A stretch of DNA of 63,249 nt, filler included, from Octopus bimaculoides (Eukaryota), in the NCBI RefSeq assembly GCF_001194135.2. It is 5 parts of 5 records of this genome, joined end to end, with 100 filler letters (N's around TTAATTAATTAA, not from the genome) between each part and the next. Parts side by side here need not be neighbours in the genome. Positions count along the whole stretch, not along the records: positions 1 to 19,436 come from NC_068996.1; positions 19,537 to 31,744 come from NC_068989.1; 3 more parts are not named here. The stretch is one strand, 5' to 3'. This document shows, one piece after another, positions 11,766-23,325 of this stretch. The first letter of the stretch is position 1, and the number at the start of each line of letters is the position of its first letter. Under the pieces are notes generated by a model. The model made no database searches. It saw only the letters and a list, made by a program, of their open reading frames with translations, and was not told the DNA's origin. The position numbers were made by a program, and so were the translations under genes.

Positions 11766-12094
11766 TAAATTTAAATAATAAGGGTGAAAAATTGAGTATT
11801 AATCTAATTAATATCAATTTAAAACCAGTAGCCTAGCATATTGAAAAATCTGAAGATTCAGAAAAATTATATTGCATACATATAAGAGGGATGACCACTA
11901 AGTGGACATCCATTAAGCTAGAAGTAGACTACCTGTGGTCTGACCACTAAGAAGAGATTGTTCTCAAGAAAATTCAGCATTTATATATGTTTATATATAT
12001 GTATAAATATTTGTATATGTGTATATGTATATATATATCTATATATATATGTAAATATATCTGTGTGTGTACATGTATATATACATATACTTAT

Positions 12095-12149
<55 letters not shown>

Positions 12150-12779
12150 TATACACACACACACACACATGTATACACACATATCCTCTTTGCATTACTT
12201 ATAATACAGCCATTGTTCCCTGTGGTCAGGCCCTGTCTCTCTCTTTCACTCCGGCCGTGTCTCTATCTCACTTTGTAACTCTTGCCCTCCATCCACTCCT
12301 TCCATGCCCTACTGAAAGTAGTCAAGTATCTCCTTAATAACAAGAAGGTCACCTCTGTCTATCACACTCTAATCTCTCATTCCCATTCCCTCTCTCAGCC
12401 CATAAGCCCTTGTCTTGTGATCTTGCTGATGCTGGTGCCACATAAAAAGCATTTGTGCTTGTTCCATGTATAAAGCACCTGTGCTGGTGCCATATAAAAG
12501 GCATCCAGTAAATTATGCACACATTTATGCAAACATGCACATAATATAGGTGTATGTTGAGTGTGTGTGTGTGTGAATGTATATAAGTGTGTGTTCATGT
12601 ATGTGTATGTATTCACACAGACAGGTGTACAATCAACAGATCACCCAAAATGTGGCTTGTAATTCTCAGTTCTTTTACAGTTCCACACTGAAGTACCTGT
12701 CATGAAGTTCCAAGCACATCTTTTTTGTACGTTTTTTTTCACAGTTTTGAATTATGCATTTCTGAGTCAAGCTGTTATT

Positions 12780-13250
12780 GTGCTGAGACAAAATTTTTGC
12801 AACATTTTGGTAACTTATTTGGTTTATTCTCCTCAGGTTATAACAAAATCATCCTAACATTCAAAGTAGAGACCATCAGGTTGCATTGTCTGAAGTCACC
12901 TTTCTGCCAGTTCTTGGATCCCAAGCTGATACTAGTTCTTGTCCTTTGAGGTGAAGAACCCTTTCACTGAAGCTTCCACTTTGTCTTGCTTAATGAAGTG
13001 TAATGAGCACAGGAATTGAGCTATGGATTGGAACAAGTACTAATCCAAGAGAGCAAGGTCCTGACTGTATGCTGAGCATGGCATCAGTTTGATACTCTCA
13101 AGTTCCTGGGATTTATTCCAGTTCATTCAAGTGGTATGAGATCTTACCATTGTCTTGCAACACATGAATTTGCTTTCTGTTAACCAATGCTTGGATTATT
13201 ACTTTTTCTGATCCGTGGATCACTTTCTGCTCTTATGATGCTTCATCAAT
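12780..13250 (-). mobile_element. Mariner transposon 3' remnant
   Basis: Minus strand QALVNRKQ...QDN through to the C-terminus and terminal ttttgcaacattttggtaacttat. Confidence 0.7.
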
Positions 13251-13254
13251 CAAA

Positions 13255-13455
13255 AGGAAGTTGAAGCTCCAGTGAAGTGGTTCTTTGCCTCGAAGAACTG
13301 GTGTCAGTCTGGGATAAAAAAAAAAAACTGGCAGAAAGGTGGCTGCAGACAATACAACATGATGACCTTTATGTTGAATGTTTGGCTGTTCTTATAACTT
13401 GATGAATAAAGCAATAAGTTGCCAAAATATTGCAAAATTTTTGACTCAACACCAG
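13255..13455 (+). mobile_element. Mariner 3' remnant, inverted relative to 12780-13250
   Basis: gaagttgaagctccagtgaag...gcagaaaggtggctgcagacaatacaacatgatg...caaaatattgcaaaatttttgactcaac. Confidence 0.7.
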
Positions 13456-13466
13456 AGATGTATATA

Positions 13467-14312
13467 CAGGGTGCAATGAATAGACTGTTGTCTAAATTAT
13501 GCAAAAATGAAAACAACACTGACATCTCATTTTAAAAGATATATTTATCAAAATTACATAAAAATATCTTGAAATACTAAAGAGTAAATTTATTCAATAA
13601 AATCGCCATTGGCATCAACCATGGCCTCCTGACCACTTCGGAATCTCCTGCAACTCTTCTGGACAGTCTCCTTGTTTAAGTTGGTAAATGTTGCCATAAT
13701 CCTTGCCTTCAGTTCATCTTTGGTGTTACAAGCAGTTTTGGTTTCTCTCACATAATAATCAAGGGTCTCGAGTCTGGGAAGTTAGATGTTAGGAGTGATG
13801 TGGTCGCAGAAATTGTCTGACAGCAATGACTAGGTTCTCCTGTTTATGTAGCATGGTGCAGAGTCCTGTTGCCAGACATAAAGTCTTCCAGCAGCAACCT
13901 TCTTGACTCAGGGCAGCACTACTTCCTCCACTAGGCACATGATGTAACCCTCCATGTTGAGTCTGAGGCCATGTGGGAAGATGAATGTAGGCATAACGTC
14001 ACTTTCACTAGTGATCACTCCAAACACCCTGATGTTGACTGGATGTTTGATCTTTATCACTCTCAGTACGTGTCCTCAGATTGACACCCAAACACTCTGA
14101 AACGTTCAAAATGGATCTTCTGGTGTGAATACCAAGCAGTACAGAATGCCGTTTCCAAATTTCTGGCAGAGTGAATTGCATCATAGTGTTGTTTTCACAG
14201 ACAGTGCATAACTGACCCTACTATACTGTGTAGTTGACAAAATCAAAGACAAACAATGCGCATGCTCGAAATTAAAAATATAAGATGGCAACAATTTAAC
14301 CATCGCACCCTG
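13467..14312 (-). mobile_element. Internally deleted maT (DD37D Tc1/mariner) element with both TIRs and TA flanks
   Basis: TA|cagggtgcaatg... and ...catcgcaccctg|TA; internal transposase remnants (YVWQQDSAPC) match the 43590 copy. Confidence 0.85.
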
Positions 14313-14691
14313 TATATCTTTTTAATGCATGTATATAAAAACTTACACATACGACACATACACCCCATGTTCTATATATTACACACAACATGTACTATAT
14401 ATCATAAGCCACAGTTACTGTATATACATATACATATACATATATATATATATATATACATATATATATNNNNNNNNNNNNNNNNNNNNNNNNNNNNNNN
14501 NNNNNNNNNNNNNNNNNNNNNNNNNNNNNNNNNNNNNNNNNNNNNNNNNNNNNNNNNNNNNNNNNNNNNNNNNNNNNNNNNNTATATATATATATATATT
14601 AATGTTTTTATGTTCAGTTTTAATAAAACCAATTGTTACATTATTCTGATGGGTTACTCTATATTTTTGTAAAGTACAAATCTTATACTAG

Positions 14692-14801
14692 AATATTACT
14701 GATAGCAACTTCGAAGTTTCAGCCAGTTAAGCCATCACTGGACCATAGTGTCTGATGATGGCTAAGCAGGCCAAAACTTCAAAGTCACTGTCAATAATAT
14801 T
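14692..14801. repeat. 110-bp imperfect palindrome carrying a degenerate hammerhead-like motif
   Basis: Left arm aatattactgatagcaacttcgaagtttcagccagttaagccatca versus reverse complement of right arm aatattattgacagtgactttgaagttttggcctgcttagccatca. Confidence 0.85.
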
Positions 14802-15100
14802 CTTGTTTGAGAATACTAAATACATCATACACTATGTACTATAGACATTACACAACATATGTACTATAATGCTACACAGAAAGAAGTAAAAAAAAAAAAA
14901 AAAAAAAAAAANNNNNNNNNNTAAAAAAAATTGTTTTATTGAATTAGAAAAAAATCCATTTTAATTAACAATAAAATAAATCAGTAAATTCGGGAATCTT
15001 GTTAGTGTTTGTTGTTGTTGTTGTATTGGTTGTTGTACTGTTCTGTCAGTGGTATTGTCCTAGTGGTAGTTGTTCCTAGGGCTTCTGATGTTGCTGTAAC

Positions 15101-15132
<32 letters not shown>

Positions 15133-15319
15133 TTGTCGGTAGTGGTTGTAGTTGGTGATGTTGTTTAATGTTCCACCCCCACCACAGCAGCCCCCGTTGA
15201 GTAACTGTATGATCAAAAGTATTTCAGCCATGACCATCCCATCTTACTTCATATTTAGAGAGAAACAAAACCCACATTATTGAGTGTGTCTCTTGCAACA
15301 TACAGGTCCCCTTGTTTTG

Positions 15320-15592
15320 TTGATACTGTAGTAGTAGTAGTTGTAGTAATAGTAGTAGTGGTGGTGGTGGTGGTGGTGGTAGTAGTAGTAGTGGTGGTGG
15401 TGGTGGTGGTGGTGGTGGTGGTGGTGGTGGTGGTGGTGATGGTGGTGGTAGTAGTAGTAATGGTGGTGGTGGTGTTGGTAGTGGTGGTGGTGGTAGTGGT
15501 GGTGGTGGTGGTGATGGTGGTTTTGGTGCTTGCAGTTGTGATGGTAGTAGTGTTGGTTTGGTTGTTGAACTGGTTGTTGTTGTTGTTGCTTC
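15320..15592. repeat. (GTG/GTA/GTT)n trinucleotide array
   Basis: Direct reading. Confidence 0.95.
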
Positions 15593-15595
15593 AGT

Positions 15596-15920
15596 GAAGG
15601 CGCATGGCTTAATGGTTAAGGTTATTCGGCTCATGATCATGTAAGGTCGTGAGTTCTTATATCCTGGCAGCTTGTTGTGTCCTTGAGCAAGACACTTCAT
15701 TTCCACGTTGCTCCAGTCCATTCAGCTGGCAAAAAACAAGTTGTACCTGTATTTGAAAAAGGGGTCAGCCTTGTCACACTCTGTGTCATGCTGAATCTCC
15801 CTGGAAACTATGTTAAGGTAACACATGTCTGTGGAGTACTTGACCACTTTAAATTCCACATGGGCAGGAGGATGTTCCATTGTTCAGATCCACTGGAACC
15901 ATCTTTGTCATCATAACTGA
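15596..15920 (+). mobile_element. tRNA-headed SINE (family D), CpG-decayed
   Basis: gaaggcgcatggcttaatggttaagg head, then tgtgtccttgagcaagacact...ccttgtcacactctgtgtcatgctgaatctccc. Confidence 0.8.
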
Positions 15921-15939
15921 CAGAGTACCAATTCTTTAC

Positions 15940-16200
15940 TGTGAATGCATGTGGCCTGGTGGTTATAGTATTCAGCTCACAATCATAATGTCATGAGTTT
16001 ACTTCCTGGCAGGGCATTGTGTCCTTGAGCAAGACACTTTATTTCACATTGCTCGAGTCCATTCAGCTGGCAAAAATGAGTTTGTATCTGCATTTCAAAA
16101 GGGACCAGCCTTGTCACACTCTGTGTCACGCTGAATCTCCCTGTACGTTAATTCCACATGCAGGCTTCCGCATTGATTGAATCAACTGGGACCCTTGCCA
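15940..16200 (+). mobile_element. Second family D SINE in tandem
   Basis: gcatgtggcctggtggttatagtattcagctcac...ttgtgtccttgagcaagacactttatttcac. Confidence 0.75.
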
Positions 16201-16294
16201 ATGGATTGCCAGTTGTTTAAGTGGTGGTTGTTTCCATTACTGCATATGTTGTTTAGTAGTAGTAGTAATAGTAGTAGTAGTAGTAGTAGTAGTC

Positions 16295-16500
16295 ATTTAG
16301 CATTCACGCTCCCCACTGGGCATGTATTACAAGTTTGAAAGGGTCCAGTTGGTTCAAGGATTGTGCTAAGTTTTTCTGTCTGTTTTGGCATGGTTTCTAT
16401 GGCTGGATGCCCTTCCTAATGCCAACCACTTCACAGAGTGTTCTAAATACCTCTTTTACGTGGCACCAGCACCAACAAGGTCAGCATGCAACTTGCAGAA
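16295..16500 (-). mobile_element. RTE-tail element
   Basis: ttttggcatggtttctatggctggatgcccttcctaatgccaaccacttcacagag. Confidence 0.7.
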
Positions 16501-16559
16501 CTTAAAGCCATGATGGGGGGGGGGCATTTTTATGCAAGGAGCTGAAAGATTACGATATT

Positions 16560-16925
16560 GTATTGAGTCCAAAGTTTAACAATACTTCGGCAACTTATTT
16601 GCCTCATTCCTCAAGTTACAACAAAATCATCCTAACATTCAAAGTAGAGGCCATCATGCTGTGCTGTCTGAAGCCACCTTTCTACCAGTTCTTTGATCCC
16701 AAGCTGATACCGGTTCTTGTTTTTTGAATGGAAGAATTCCTTCACTGAAGCTTCCACCTCTTCTTGGTCGATGAAGTGTTGTAAGCACAGGAAATGAGCC
16801 ATGGATTGGAACAAGTAATAATCCGAGGAAGATGTTTTTTCTGCATTCCTAATGTACACAAACAGCGGTTAAGCAAGGGCCAGCTTCCAGAACCCAGCTG
16901 CCAAACATGGGTGTTTTGAACACAA
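16560..16925 (-). mobile_element. Mariner transposase C-terminal remnant
   Basis: ORF 16632-16859: SSDYYLFQSMAHFL...EEVEASVKEFFHSKNKNRYQLGIKELVERWLQTAQHDGLYFEC. Confidence 0.85.
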
Positions 16926-17331
16926 GGTGATGATTGGAAGTAAAAAATATATTTAAAAGAAGAAAAAAATTCAATGCTTTTCCATTCTCTCTTGTGTTGT
17001 CACTTTTCATCATGAATATTGTAATTATTATTGTTGTTGTCATTGTTGTTGTTGCTGCATTTGTTTTTGTTTGTTGTTGTTGTTTGTTGCTGCTGTTATT
17101 GTTGTTGTTACTGTTGTTGCTGTTTTTGTTTGTTGTTGTTTGTTGCTATTATCACAGCAATAGCTGCTGTTGCTGTCGCATTACTTGTTATTGTAGTTGT
17201 TGTTGTTGTTGTTGTTGTTGTCATCATTGTCAAGAATTTTAATATCTTTGTGTTTTTTTGTTGTTGTTGTTGTTGTAGATGCATTAAAATTAAAATCAAT
17301 AAAAGTAGATGTGTAATAAACGTCGGTGGAA

Positions 17332-17415
17332 CTAAAAGACTTCATCCTGTTTAGGGTGCACAGTAAAGGCTCCGCGGCCCCGGAAGAACTTTGATCCTTT
17401 ATCAAGAGCAGTCGA
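17332..17415 (-). CDS. Candidate terminal coding exon of an unidentified host gene (STALDKGSKFFRGRGAFTVHPKQDEVF*)
   Basis: Long T-rich tract ending ttttttccag immediately upstream on the minus strand; 27 non-repetitive codons then TAG; several CpGs in a CpG-poor region; microsatellite-rich sequence follows. Reading frame and identity unverified. Confidence 0.35.
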   Translation of the reverse strand, partial: STALDKGSKFFRGRGAFTVHPKQDEVF

Positions 17416-17644
17416 CTGGAAAAAAAAAATAATAAAAATAAAAAATAAAAAGTAATAAAAACATAAATAAAACTTTTCTTCAATAAATAAATATTTTAGT
17501 ATGGGGGAGGGTGTGGGGTGACTGCCAGTGTCTTTTTTTTTTTTTTTTTTTTTTTTGTTTCTAATTAATTTTGAAGGTTCTTGGATATTTTCATGTAATT
17601 TTGCTTTATTTTGTTGTATTTATTGTTATTTAATTTTAATCTTA

Positions 17645-18020
17645 GGCACAGGCATGGCTGTGTGATAAGAAGCTTGCTTCTCAATCCCATGGTTCTGGGT
17701 TCAATCCCATTGTGTGGCACCTTGGGTGAGTGTCTTCCATAGCCTCGGGCTGACCAAAGCCTTGTCAGTGGATTTCGTAGATGGAAACTGAAAGAAGCCT
17801 GTTGTATATGTATGTGTCTGTGTTTGTCCCCCACCACCACTTAACAACCAGTGTTGGTATGTTTACATCCCCATAACTTAGCAGTTTGGCAAAACAGACT
17901 GATAGAATACGTATCAGACTTAAAAAATTAAATCCTGGGATCAATTAATTCAGCTAAAAATCCTTCAAAGCAGTACTCCAGTATGGCCACAGTTTAATGA
18001 CTGAAACAAGTAAAACAAAA
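17645..18020 (+). mobile_element. SINE family A, full length
   Basis: Head ggcacaggcatggctgtgtgataagaagcttgcttc...ggttcaatccc through to the tail atgactgaaacaagtaaaa. Confidence 0.85.
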
Positions 18021-18029
18021 TCTTCTATC

Positions 18030-18410
18030 ATTTCTATCTTTTCATTGTTTCAGGCATTAGATTGTGGCCATGCTGGGGCGCTGCCTTGAACAGTTTTTAG
18101 TAGAATTAAGGGAGTCCAGTATTTATTTTTTTAAGCCTGATACTTATTCTATCGGTCTTTTTTTGCCAAACTGCTAAGTTACGGGGATGTAAACACTCCA
18201 ACACCAGTTGTCAAGTGGTGGTGAGAAACAAACACAGACATATACATGACAAGCTTCTTTCAGTTTCCGTCTACCAAATCCACTCACAAGGCTTTGATTG
18301 GCCCAAGGCTATAAGCAGAAGACACTTGACCAAGGTGCCATTCAGTGGAACCGAACCCGAAACCATGTGGTTGGGAAGCAACCTTCTTACCTCACAGTCA
18401 TACCTGCACC
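18030..18410 (-). mobile_element. SINE family A, full length, tail-to-tail with the preceding copy
   Basis: Reverse-complement match along the whole length. Confidence 0.85.
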
Positions 18411-19059
18411 TATACTCTTATTTAGTTTCTTATTTATTTATGGAATTTAAGAATAATCCATCTCCCTGTGGTCTAAGAATTATGTATGCTGCATTGGACG
18501 CTATGACCTGCTTTCAGTTCTCAGCACTCAGATTTTGGCAACCATGATGCCATGTAGCTCTCTGGTATCTTGAGTTCAGGACATCTTTGCAAATTCTAGT
18601 TCTGTGACACTACACTGCTTCTTTGCTCCATCACATCTCTTTTAAGTTGTGATGTGGTGCCTTACCAACTTATGGTTGTTGTGTTATACTTCACCTAAGA
18701 ATTTTTATCATGCATCAGTAATACTCAACAGATATTGTGCAGTTCACAAGCATCTTATAGAAATTGCACAATATATTAATCATCCACCAGGGTGTTTCTT
18801 GGAATTTTAAAGTTTTTGGGACGATGTGTTTAAAACGAGTCGAAAGTTTTAGCATTCTCTCTTACATAAGATCTCTGCTTCAGTCATTTTTGCTCATTCT
18901 TATTTATAATTAGATGCTCCACTGATTGAAAATTATTAATTAACCAACTTTACTGAGAAGAAAGCGAGAGCATTACAGTGAAGTTCATACAAAACAACTG
19001 TGTATATATATATTTATTAAGTAAACTAAAAAAAACAGGATCACACGCACACGCATTCA

Positions 19060-19436
19060 CTGATATAACATACATACGTACAAAACATACAAAACATACA
19101 TACATATACACGCACACATACTTACATATATAACATGCATACATGCAAACATACATACAAAACATATATATACATACAAAGCATACATACATACAAAACA
19201 TACATACACATACATACATACATACATACATATATACACAGACACACACATACATGCATGCATACATACATAAATACATGCATACAAAACATACATACAT
19301 GCATTCATAGAAAACACACATACATACAAAACATACATACATACATATACACACATAAATACATATGTATACACACATAAATATATACATATGCACACAC
19401 ATAAATACATACATACAAACAAAACATACATACATA
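19060..19436. repeat. (ACAT)n-rich microsatellite
   Basis: Direct reading. Confidence 0.9.
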
Positions 19437-19536
19437 NNNNNNNNNNNNNNNNNNNNNNNNNNNNNNNNNNNNNNNNNNNNTTAATTAATTAANNNNNNNN
19501 NNNNNNNNNNNNNNNNNNNNNNNNNNNNNNNNNNNN
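19437..19536. other. Artificial scaffold linker N44-TTAATTAATTAA-N44
   Basis: Exactly 100 bp with a central six-frame stop 12-mer; identical construct appears four times. Confidence 0.95.
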
Positions 19537-19537
19537 T

Positions 19538-19856
19538 CAAGGATGTCCGCTCTCACCGCTTTTGTATGTGGTGGATCTCGAGCCGCTACTGCGAAGGTTG
19601 AGTGGCATTCCGAGAGAACCAGGTCTAGAGGAGTTTGTTACGGCTTACGCGGATGATATCACTATCAGCGTAACCTCAGTAGCACGCCTACGTGAAATGG
19701 GTAAGTCTGTTGAGGCTTACGAGTAGGTGGCAGGAGCAAAGATTAACCGGGAAAAGTCGGTCGGCTTGCAGCTCGGCACCTGGGTTGGCAAGCCGATGCC
19801 TTCAGACAGCGTTGTTGGGCGCTGGACGGAGACCCCGGTTAAGTTGCTGGGAGTTA
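19538..19856 (+). mobile_element. Tx1/L1-like reverse transcriptase fragment (pseudogenic)
   Basis: QGCPLSPLLYVVDLEPLL...AYADDITI...E*VAGAKINREKS; one in-frame TAG. Confidence 0.85.
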
Positions 19857-20050
19857 ACACGCCGGACAAAATGCATAGCGGCATTTCGTCCGTTTTCACT
19901 TTCTGAGTTCAAATTCGACTGAGGTTGACTTTGCCTTTTATATTTTTGGGGGTCGATAAAATAAGTACCAGTTGAAAACTGGAGTCGATGTAATCGACTT
20001 ACCTCCTCCCTCGAAATTGATGGCCTTGTGCCAAAATTTGAAACGAATAT
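19857..20050 (+). mobile_element. SINE family B
   Basis: acacgccggacaaaatgcatagcggcatttcg...gactttgcc...gtcgataaaataagtacc. Confidence 0.8.
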
Positions 20051-20275
20051 TTTTCATACTGTGAATATTAGTAACATAATTAGAAATAACTGTGGTGTGA
20101 AGAAATGACTATAGCAGTTGATAATTGATATAATTTTTTTCTTCGAGTACGGGTTACAAGTAACGACACATCGCAATCTTATTAGACATCATCAACGAAG
20201 CATATACGCCTTTATGCAAGAAAAGGAAAACCATGAAAGTTTAATAGTGTACTTGAGTATGCGTGAAAATTAGTA

Positions 20276-20495
20276 CAGTAATCCCTCGACTATCGCGGGT
20301 GTTACGTTCCAAAACTCACCGCGATAGGTGAAGATCCGCGAAGTAGAAACGATACTGTACTGTATATTGATTATTATTATTTTTATAATTCGTACATATT
20401 TTATTATAAATGCAAAATAACACTACAGAGGAATCGACGTAAGCTTAAATAAATAAGCTGCGATAGGTGAACCGCGATATGGCGAGAGATTATTG
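20276..20495. mobile_element. pogo/Tigger-type MITE
   Basis: TA|cagtaatccctcgactatcgcgg ... ccgcgatatggcgagagattattg|TA; TIRs of about 23 bp. Confidence 0.8.
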
Positions 20496-20750
20496 TACAT
20501 CATATAGAATAAATCACCGAAAGATATTAATCCTCAGGGACACCCTCCACTCGGAAAGTATTTGATATTAACATAATTCATACAGTAAGCAAGCATTAAA
20601 ATGCTAATGTCACACTAACAATACTCCTCGTTGTTTGCTTAGTCATGCTAAAAATGTCACGCTACCTTAGTAAGAAGTTCTTCCACCCACTTTCACTCCC
20701 TTCTTTTATCATTTCCTCAGGGAGACAAGCACATACACACTTTGACATGT

Positions 20751-21106
20751 TGTTGGCACTCCGTCGCTTACGACGTCGAGGGTTCTAGTTGATCCAATCA
20801 ACGGAATAGCCTGCTCGTGAAATTAACGTGCAAGTGGCTGAGCACTCCACAAACACGTGTACCCTTAACGTAGTTCTCGGGGATATTCAGCGTGACACAG
20901 TGTGACAAGGCTGACCCTTTGAATTACAGGCACAACAGAAACAGGAAGTAAAAGTGAGCGAAAGTTGTGGTGAAAGAGTACAGCAGGGTTCGCCACCATC
21001 CCCTGCCGGAGCCTCGTGGAGCTTTAGGTGTTTTCGCTCAATAAACACTCACCGCAATCCTTTGACCGCCAGTCCGCTGCCCTAACCACTGGGCCATTGC
21101 GCCTCC
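20751..21106 (-). mobile_element. tRNA-headed SINE (family C)
   Basis: Reverse complement of the 55414 copy; the head contains an A-box-like TGGCCCAGTGG. Confidence 0.85.
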
Positions 21107-21939
21107 ACTACACCTTGACATCCTTGTTACTTATTTGATTTTTACATTCATATGTTGTAAAATTTGATATTGTGGTTAAAACAAAATTAGCTTTACGGTG
21201 TATCTTGATCATTGCTGTGGTAAATTGTACGCATGGATATTTTGACAAAATGAGTCTACGAGAGATATGAATTTTGTTCAAGAGTAGTGCAATGCGGATG
21301 ACAAAATGTGAGTCGTTGGCCTTCCATCAGATGAACCGTCTCGGTCATTTTGCACCTATTACGTACAATAAAGTTCATTTGAAAGCTAAAAGTTGCAAAG
21401 CTGGCTTTCTGCCACCAAACTATTTTGCATTACGCTTAAATCATTTCTGACGAAATAACCAAATTTGGACGACTGTTTAGTTAAGAAGAATATTCTTAAT
21501 ATGTAAATATCTTTTTTGATAAAAAATCTTAACATCAGTCGAGAAAGCATGTAACGTAACTTAACAACAGTTGGAATATTGCCAGTTGAAAGACCCTAAG
21601 ATTATTTCCAGGAAATTCTACCAACTATTAGTCATAAGGAGAAATATAAAATTAATACAAATGACTGGTTTCTTAGCATATTTTTATCATTTTCTTTCTG
21701 TCTAACCTTTCACATTCTTTTCTATTCATATCTTCCGTTCTTTCCTTGTTCCATATTTTATGTTAATGTTAACTCATTTAATGCTGTTGACATTAAAAAG
21801 TTAATTACAAATATTTGAGCTTTGAAGAAAAGACGATATTTGTTACTGGTTAATATTAAATGCAGGTCACGGCTTCAAATACCGCCGACAACCTTTGATT
21901 TACAGAGTCAATGCACTCTTGATGACTCTGTGTGTGAAT

Positions 21940-22330
21940 GGGATGGAAAACCTATTGGAGTGGAAGTGACAAATTTGTAGAGGAATGGTCATGGGTGTTT
22001 AGTGTAGACTTGGAAGCAAAGCGGGTAACGAAAGTAGAGGGTTTCTCCATGATAGGGTACAATTTACAGAGTCGTCTTTGTCTAAAAGAGAGGAAAAGAC
22101 ACTCCGTTAAGTTGGTAGTGATCCCTTTTTGCATGGGACTGCTGTTTGGGAAGCGAGAAGTGCTTGACGAGGACACCCTTTGCATACCGAACGTTGTAAA
22201 CACTCAGGAGACTCGGAACACTGGAGTTTTCTTGTGTAGAAGATGTAAAGGAATATGGCTAAAAGGACCTATCTGTTTTATGAAGACTCAGAAAAGAAGT
22301 AAAATTGCTCCTAAGGATAAAAGGCATAAA
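21940..22330 (+). mobile_element. Possible heavily decayed RTE-like RT remnant
   Basis: Weak peptide resemblance across several frames (DGKPI.V.DKF...KLVVIPF..G). Confidence 0.3.
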
Positions 22331-23004
22331 ACTTGCGGAGCTCCTACGTGGGATAAGTAACGTAAAACTGGCGGAGCTCCGATCAGTTGTAAAAACCTTT
22401 TAGCCATGTGGAATTTACCTTTTTCCAAATTATATCCAAAAGATAAATTTCACTTTGAGCTGATGAAACTTTCCTTTCTCAAGCGTATACATATTAGAAG
22501 TGCTGAGCAGTGATTTTTATAAATATAAACTTATTCGAATCTGTAAGAAGGACATTCATTGCACTTTGTCATAAAGAAATATTCTCGCTGTAGACGAAAA
22601 TGTGTTAATACACCAGATTAGTTCGAAGCGCCCTCTATCCAGATCGATGATCGCATACATTTCTAAGTTGTTATCTCCTCATCAGCATCGTACACTGGGA
22701 AAGGAGACAACTCCAAACTGACTAAGAAATTAGGTCTCACTTGTTAGAATCCAATCAGAATATTTTGCTTAGTGGCGCTAACCGGCGGCCGACCGTACTA
22801 AAATACGGATTGGAGGCGCTAATCATTGATTTATATAAATATATACTTGTTACCAGATTAAATATGCTTGAGATATATTCGAACTTGTAAGAAAGCCATT
22901 CACTGCATTTTGTCATCGAAAAATATTCTTGCTGTAGACAAAAAGGTGTAAACACACCAGATCAGTTAAAGTGTATTTTTATGATAATTATATTTTCACT
23001 TCGT

Positions 23005-23325
23005 GAAGGAGTGTGGCTTAGTGATAAGGGTAATCGGCTCACGATCATAAGGTCGGGAGTTCGATTCCCGGCGATGCGTTATGTCCTTGAGCAAGACATG
23101 TTATTTCATGTTTCTCCAGTCCACTCAGCTGGCAAAAATGAGTTGTACCTGTAATTCAAAGTCCCGGCTTTGTCATATTCTCAGCCACGCTGAAGTTCCC
23201 TGAGAACTACATTAAAGGTACGCGTGTCTATGAAGTACTCAGCCACTTGCACGTTAATTTCACGAGCAAGCTGTTCCGTTGATCGGAACAACTAGAACCC
23301 TGGTCGTCATAACCGACGGAGAGCC
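23005..23325 (+). mobile_element. tRNA-headed SINE (family D)
   Basis: tggcttagtgataaggg A-box-like, gagttcgattccc B-box-like; tail shared with family C. Confidence 0.85.

Noticed and set aside
12670-12745. Possible plus-strand exon tttacag...|gtacgt (FHTEVPVMKFQAHLF)
   Set aside because: It lies beside mariner remnants, is probably transposon-derived, and has no independent support.
17355-17395. Kinase glycine loop (GRGAFTV)
   Set aside because: It lacks the GxGxxG spacing and a stop follows within 8 codons.
18865-18925. Possible minus-strand exon ending ATCTTAT|gtaaga
   Set aside because: All three frames are closed after the nearest acceptor; splice-like motifs arise by chance in AT-rich DNA.
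22520-22975. Diverged 100-120 bp direct repeat
   Set aside because: Real but ordinary old local duplication with no additional signal.
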